Of a DNA stretch of 64,000 nucleotides, positions 60,269 to 64,000 are shown one piece after another. This DNA comes from Blepharisma stoltei ATCC 30299 (Eukaryota; Protista; Ciliophora). Numbering within the stretch: position 1 is the first letter of the stretch; the number at the start of each line of letters is the position of its first letter. Both the position numbers and the translations under genes were made by a program. The notes under the pieces are model-generated. The model saw nothing but the letters and a program-made list of their open reading frames with translations. It had not been told where the DNA came from and searched no databases. The DNA lies in assembly GCA_965603825.1 (NCBI GenBank), contig CBFDEM010000003.1, positions 62,001 to 126,000 on the forward strand. The letters run 5' to 3'.

Positions 60269-61102
60269 ATGGAGAATTCATTAGAAGCATATCAGCCGCT
60301 TCCAGAATTTATAAAAAGAGGGACGATCCGTAAAGTCTATTCATTTGTCCCACTAGACCCTGATGAAGAAGAAGCTCTTTCCAAGTTCCGTGCATTCGCT
60401 ACCAAAAAAAGAATTCAAATTCCTCCAGGGTAACTCTTATTTAGTGTTGATGATCAGCATAGAATGGCATTAAAATTCATGGATTCCGCAAAGAGAAAAC
60501 CCAAAAAAGCCTTCAAAATTATGGAAAAATATCTCAGCTGGCTTAATACGGAGCTGCCAGTGCCAATAAATGAAGTCTCCTCAATGATTGTAAAGATCAT
60601 ATAGGATCAAGGATTTATGTATTTACTGGGAAGAGACAGAAAATTCCACCCTATTATGATTATTAGTGTTAGGAAGATGCTTGACTGCAATATAGACTTA
60701 AATTCATCCTTAAGGCTCAATTATTTTTTACTGACTTGGGCTCTTGAACATATGATGGTCCCTGGGAAGGTAGAAACTTGGACCATCATTATGGATTTAG
60801 CTGACGTTTCAGCTACACAGCTTCCTATTATGCTATTAAAAAACATGCTGAAAAAGTTATCAATAAACTTTATGTGCAGATTGGAAAAATCTTTTATAAT
60901 TAATCTGCCATCCGCATTAAATACAGTTTATAAGATGCTGAAACCTTTTATTGATGAGGACACAAAAAAGAAAATTGTTATACAAAAGGATGGGTGGGAG
61001 CCGCTACTTAGAGAGGATATTAGTGAAGAAGTATTAGAAGAGAAATATGGAGGTGCAAGACCAAACATAACTTCTGGGTTTTTCCCTCCAGCGTTTTATT
61101 AG
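60269..61102 (+). CDS. CRAL-TRIO/Sec14-like lipid-binding protein; 267 aa; introns 60430-60444 and 60590-60604
   Basis: YLLGRDRKFHPI, WTIIMDL, FIIN, KPFIDEDTKKKI, LEEKYGG. Confidence 0.88.
60430..60444 (+). other. 15-nt intron GTAACTCTTATTTAG
   Basis: Fits the consensus; removes an in-frame TAA. Confidence 0.85.
60590..60604 (+). other. 15-nt intron GTAAAGATCATATAG
   Basis: Fits the consensus; removes an in-frame TAG. Confidence 0.85.
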
Positions 61103-61272
61103 GATAAATAAAGATTATTTGTTTAAAAAATTGATAAATTTGTATTTAAATAAAAAATTGTGAAATTAATTTTTTAGAATATTCAATGAATTTAACATAA
61201 TTTTTCCATAATTCATGAAGCTTTAATTTATACTTATAAAGATTAATTCATAAAAAACGTTTAATTTTCATA

Positions 61273-62292
61273 TTAAAACCCGATAAAGGGGTCCCTATCT
61301 CTTGTGAATTTAGGAGCATGGGGCTGGTCTAGTGAATCTGGGTATGTGTTGAAATTTGATGTGTCGTCCTCTGACATTAATTCTGGAACCCAAGGACTAG
61401 CACATTCCTTTGCAAGCAGTGAGCTAAAATCAATATTGCTGAACCAAGCATGATTTTTCAGCTCACTTGCAGCATTTTGTTTGTATCCTATTCTTTTTTG
61501 TATGCTGGGTTCTAAAAGCCCAGAAATTAGCGAGCAAATCACATCGTCAAAGTGAGGAGGAAAAATCAATCTCCCTAATAAAATTTTTTGGTATATATTA
61601 AATGGACTATCGTCATAATAAGGAGGATACCCAGCCAGCATCTCATACAATAAAACTCCTAAAGCCCACCAATCTACCTCACGTCCGTGGCCTTTTCCAA
61701 GAATAATTTCCGGTGCCAAATATTCAGGAGTGCCACACATAGTGTAAGTTTTCCCATCTGATATTGCCTTGGCAAAGCCAAAGTCTGACAGTTTGATGTG
61801 TCCAAGCCTGTCAATTAAAATATTTTCAGGCTTAAGGTCTCGAAAAACTATTCCTTTGTCATGCAGGTATTCCAGAGCAAGAACGAGCTCAGCAATATAA
61901 AACTGAGCATCCTGTGCTGGAAAAGTGCCTAGTTTTTTCATCCTAGTAAAGAGTTCGCCTCCACAGGCGTATTCTAGTACGAAAAAGACGTAATAGTCAT
62001 CTTGAAAAGTTCCGAGAATTTTTGTTATGAAGGAATGGTCAAGTTGTTCCATTATTTCTTTTTCGTTCCTAAGGTGCTTTATTTGCCTCATTTTCAAAAT
62101 CGAGGTCTTTTTGAGGATTTTCAGAGCTAATGGCTTCATATGAGACTGATCCTTGCTCCGAACTAGTCTTACTCGACTGAAAGTGCCTACACCTAGAGTT
62201 CCTAGGACGTCAAATGAGTCCATGGAGTATTTTTCTGATCTGAAATGGTCTGAATTCTGCTTCTCTGATGTTTCTGTCTTCTCCGGTTCCAT
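61273..62292 (-). CDS. cAMP-dependent protein kinase catalytic subunit-like (PKA-C/PRKX)
   Basis: GVGTFSRV, FRDLKPEN, DFGFAK, TYTMCGTPEYLAPE, DWWALG, DDTSNF, terminal FxxF. Confidence 0.93.
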   Translation of the reverse strand: MEPEKTETSEKQNSDHFRSEKYSMDSFDVLGTLGVGTFSRVRLVRSKDQSHMKPLALKILKKTSILKMRQIKHLRNEKEIMEQLDHSFITKILGTFQDDYYVFFVLEYACGGELFTRMKKLGTFPAQDAQFYIAELVLALEYLHDKGIVFRDLKPENILIDRLGHIKLSDFGFAKAISDGKTYTMCGTPEYLAPEIILGKGHGREVDWWALGVLLYEMLAGYPPYYDDSPFNIYQKILLGRLIFPPHFDDVICSLISGLLEPSIQKRIGYKQNAASELKNHAWFSNIDFSSLLAKECASPWVPELMSEDDTSNFNTYPDSLDQPHAPKFTRDRDPFIGF

Positions 62293-62978
62293 ACTGATTG
62301 TAGCTATATATAAGAAAGAAATTATTATTAACTTTAACAGATAATGCTACCGATTTAAATATTTTTTTCCAGGCTGTTATATGAACTTTTTCCAATAGAA
62401 GGCATCTTGCTACGCTAAATACAGATTTCACAGCATTCGTAAGTGCTCAATTTTTATAAAAAATTTACTTTCAAAAATGATATGTTTTTTGCCCTTGGAG
62501 AACTTAATTTACATCAGACTTTTTTTATTTAAATGTTGGATCAGAAAATAGTAAATTAAGTCATTTCATTGGATTAAAACTATGGTAAGCTCTTAGAAGA
62601 GTCTTATTTCTGGGCCAAAATTCTTTTTTGTCTTGCATCATCTTTAAAATTTAGCTCGCCCTATTGATTTACTGAACTTTTTTTGTTTTGAGATTTTGTT
62701 GAGAAATCCAGAGAAATTTGGCACAATCTTGACGATCTTGATGAATTTTTTTAATATTTTCTATAAAATTAAAGGAAATGACTTATTTCTTAACTTTTGC
62801 TACTTATTAGAAGAAAAACACAGACCCAACAAAAAAGGAATTTTCTTATATAAGAATACTTATTAAAATAATGAATCTTCATTAAAGATTAATTCTTTTC
62901 CATATTATCATTCATAATAAATTTAATGGATTTATTACAATTAATTTTTTTATTAAACTTATCAATTGCTTTTTTTCT

Positions 62979-63998
62979 TTATTTTATTGAATCAAAATAT
63001 AATTTTGCATTTTCTGGTAGCTCTTCAAGCTTCACTTTAACTGGAATTTCAGTTGGAGCTCTCTTTATAGTTCTTTGAGGTATTTCATTGGCTTTCTCTG
63101 AAAAAGTCATGTATGTGTCACTTTTTATATTAGGAGTAAATGCTAGTGATGACCGATTAGTTTTTACTGGAATCATGCTTGATTGTCTGCTTAGAGTTTT
63201 GCTGTTGGCATCTTCATATTTTGCTCGTTCTTCCTTTCTAATTATCAGCATATTTTGTATAAATTTTGAAGCTACGATATCTTTTAATATTTTTTTATAT
63301 AAAAGTGTGTCTTTATATCGAATAAGAAGAGATCCAAGCAGCAAATTTCCTGTCGCTAATTGCTCTACTAATAAAGCTGTCAACACAAACTTTTTGGCTT
63401 TGAATCATTTAAATGCTTTTTGAATTTTTACAGCTGCCTTTTTCCATGCCCTGACTTTTTTTCTAACAAAATATCCTTTTACATAAGCCTGAATTTTCAT
63501 AGCCGATTTTAATGATGATTTTTTATTTTTTTCTGAAGGAGAAGGCGGGAAATTTCATAAAGAAAGCTGATTTAGGCTTTCTTTCGGAACATTAATACGA
63601 ACCTTTTTTGCAGTGTTTGGGTCGAAATCTTTAATAGGCCGGGGCTGAGGGCTATAAGAACGAGACAAGTATCCAAGCTTGATCATAAAAGATTTAAATC
63701 TTGGGGATCCTAAAGGATGAGCAGTTGTTTCTAAAACTCTACGTGGGCCAAACTTCATAGTTCTCCCATATCTTTCTTTGCAAATATTCCTATATATTGT
63801 GACATCTCTTTGAAAATTTTCTTGTCTCTGTCTTAACTCTTTCCTTCTTTCTTCAGCTTCTAGCATATATTTATCACTTAATTCAGTACTTGCTCTTTGA
63901 TGGGCAACTTTTGCAGAAAGATAAGAATATCTTGCTTTATTTAATTTTTTCATATCAATTTGGCAATTTCCAATAATATGGTCTGCAAATTTTACCTT
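62979..63998 (-). CDS. IQ-motif protein (5' end beyond the window)
   Basis: The frame is open to the window edge; with TGA=Trp it contains IQAYVKGYFVRKK and IQKAFKWFKAKK. Confidence 0.7.
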
Positions 63999-64000
63999 TG

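Overview
AT-rich, very gene-dense eukaryotic DNA with about 33 protein-coding genes, most consistent with the macronuclear genome of a heterotrich ciliate, probably Blepharisma (inference). Two properties explain why the supplied ORF track is fragmented. First, in-frame TGA codes for Trp (Rab WDTAGQ, TBC RVWD, importin IWALGN, and TGA/TGG swaps between paralogs), while every complete gene ends in TAA or TAG. Second, spliceosomal introns are tiny (15 nt, GTA...AG, with A at position -6). Re-read this way, the window holds: two tandem polycystin-1/REJ-like receptors (one with a malectin domain, one with a 585-bp tandem Cys-rich repeat), eIF4B-like, a macrodomain-Zn finger protein, two tandem purple acid phosphatases, an acylated LRR protein, a TBC/EF-hand pseudo-GAP, serine carboxypeptidase, importin-alpha, a 2006-aa surface protein, PX-WD40, two ABHD16-like hydrolases, Wee1, RPL7A, acyl-CoA synthetase, Nup54-like, an SH3 protein, Rab2-like, Alba, DNAJB13-like, CRAL-TRIO, PKA-C and an IQ protein. 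The most striking unexplained element is an intact Pol III tRNA-like gene at 51481-51552 whose anticodon arm is 18 nt and non-canonical. All protein assignments are by eye from motifs; no database searches were run.
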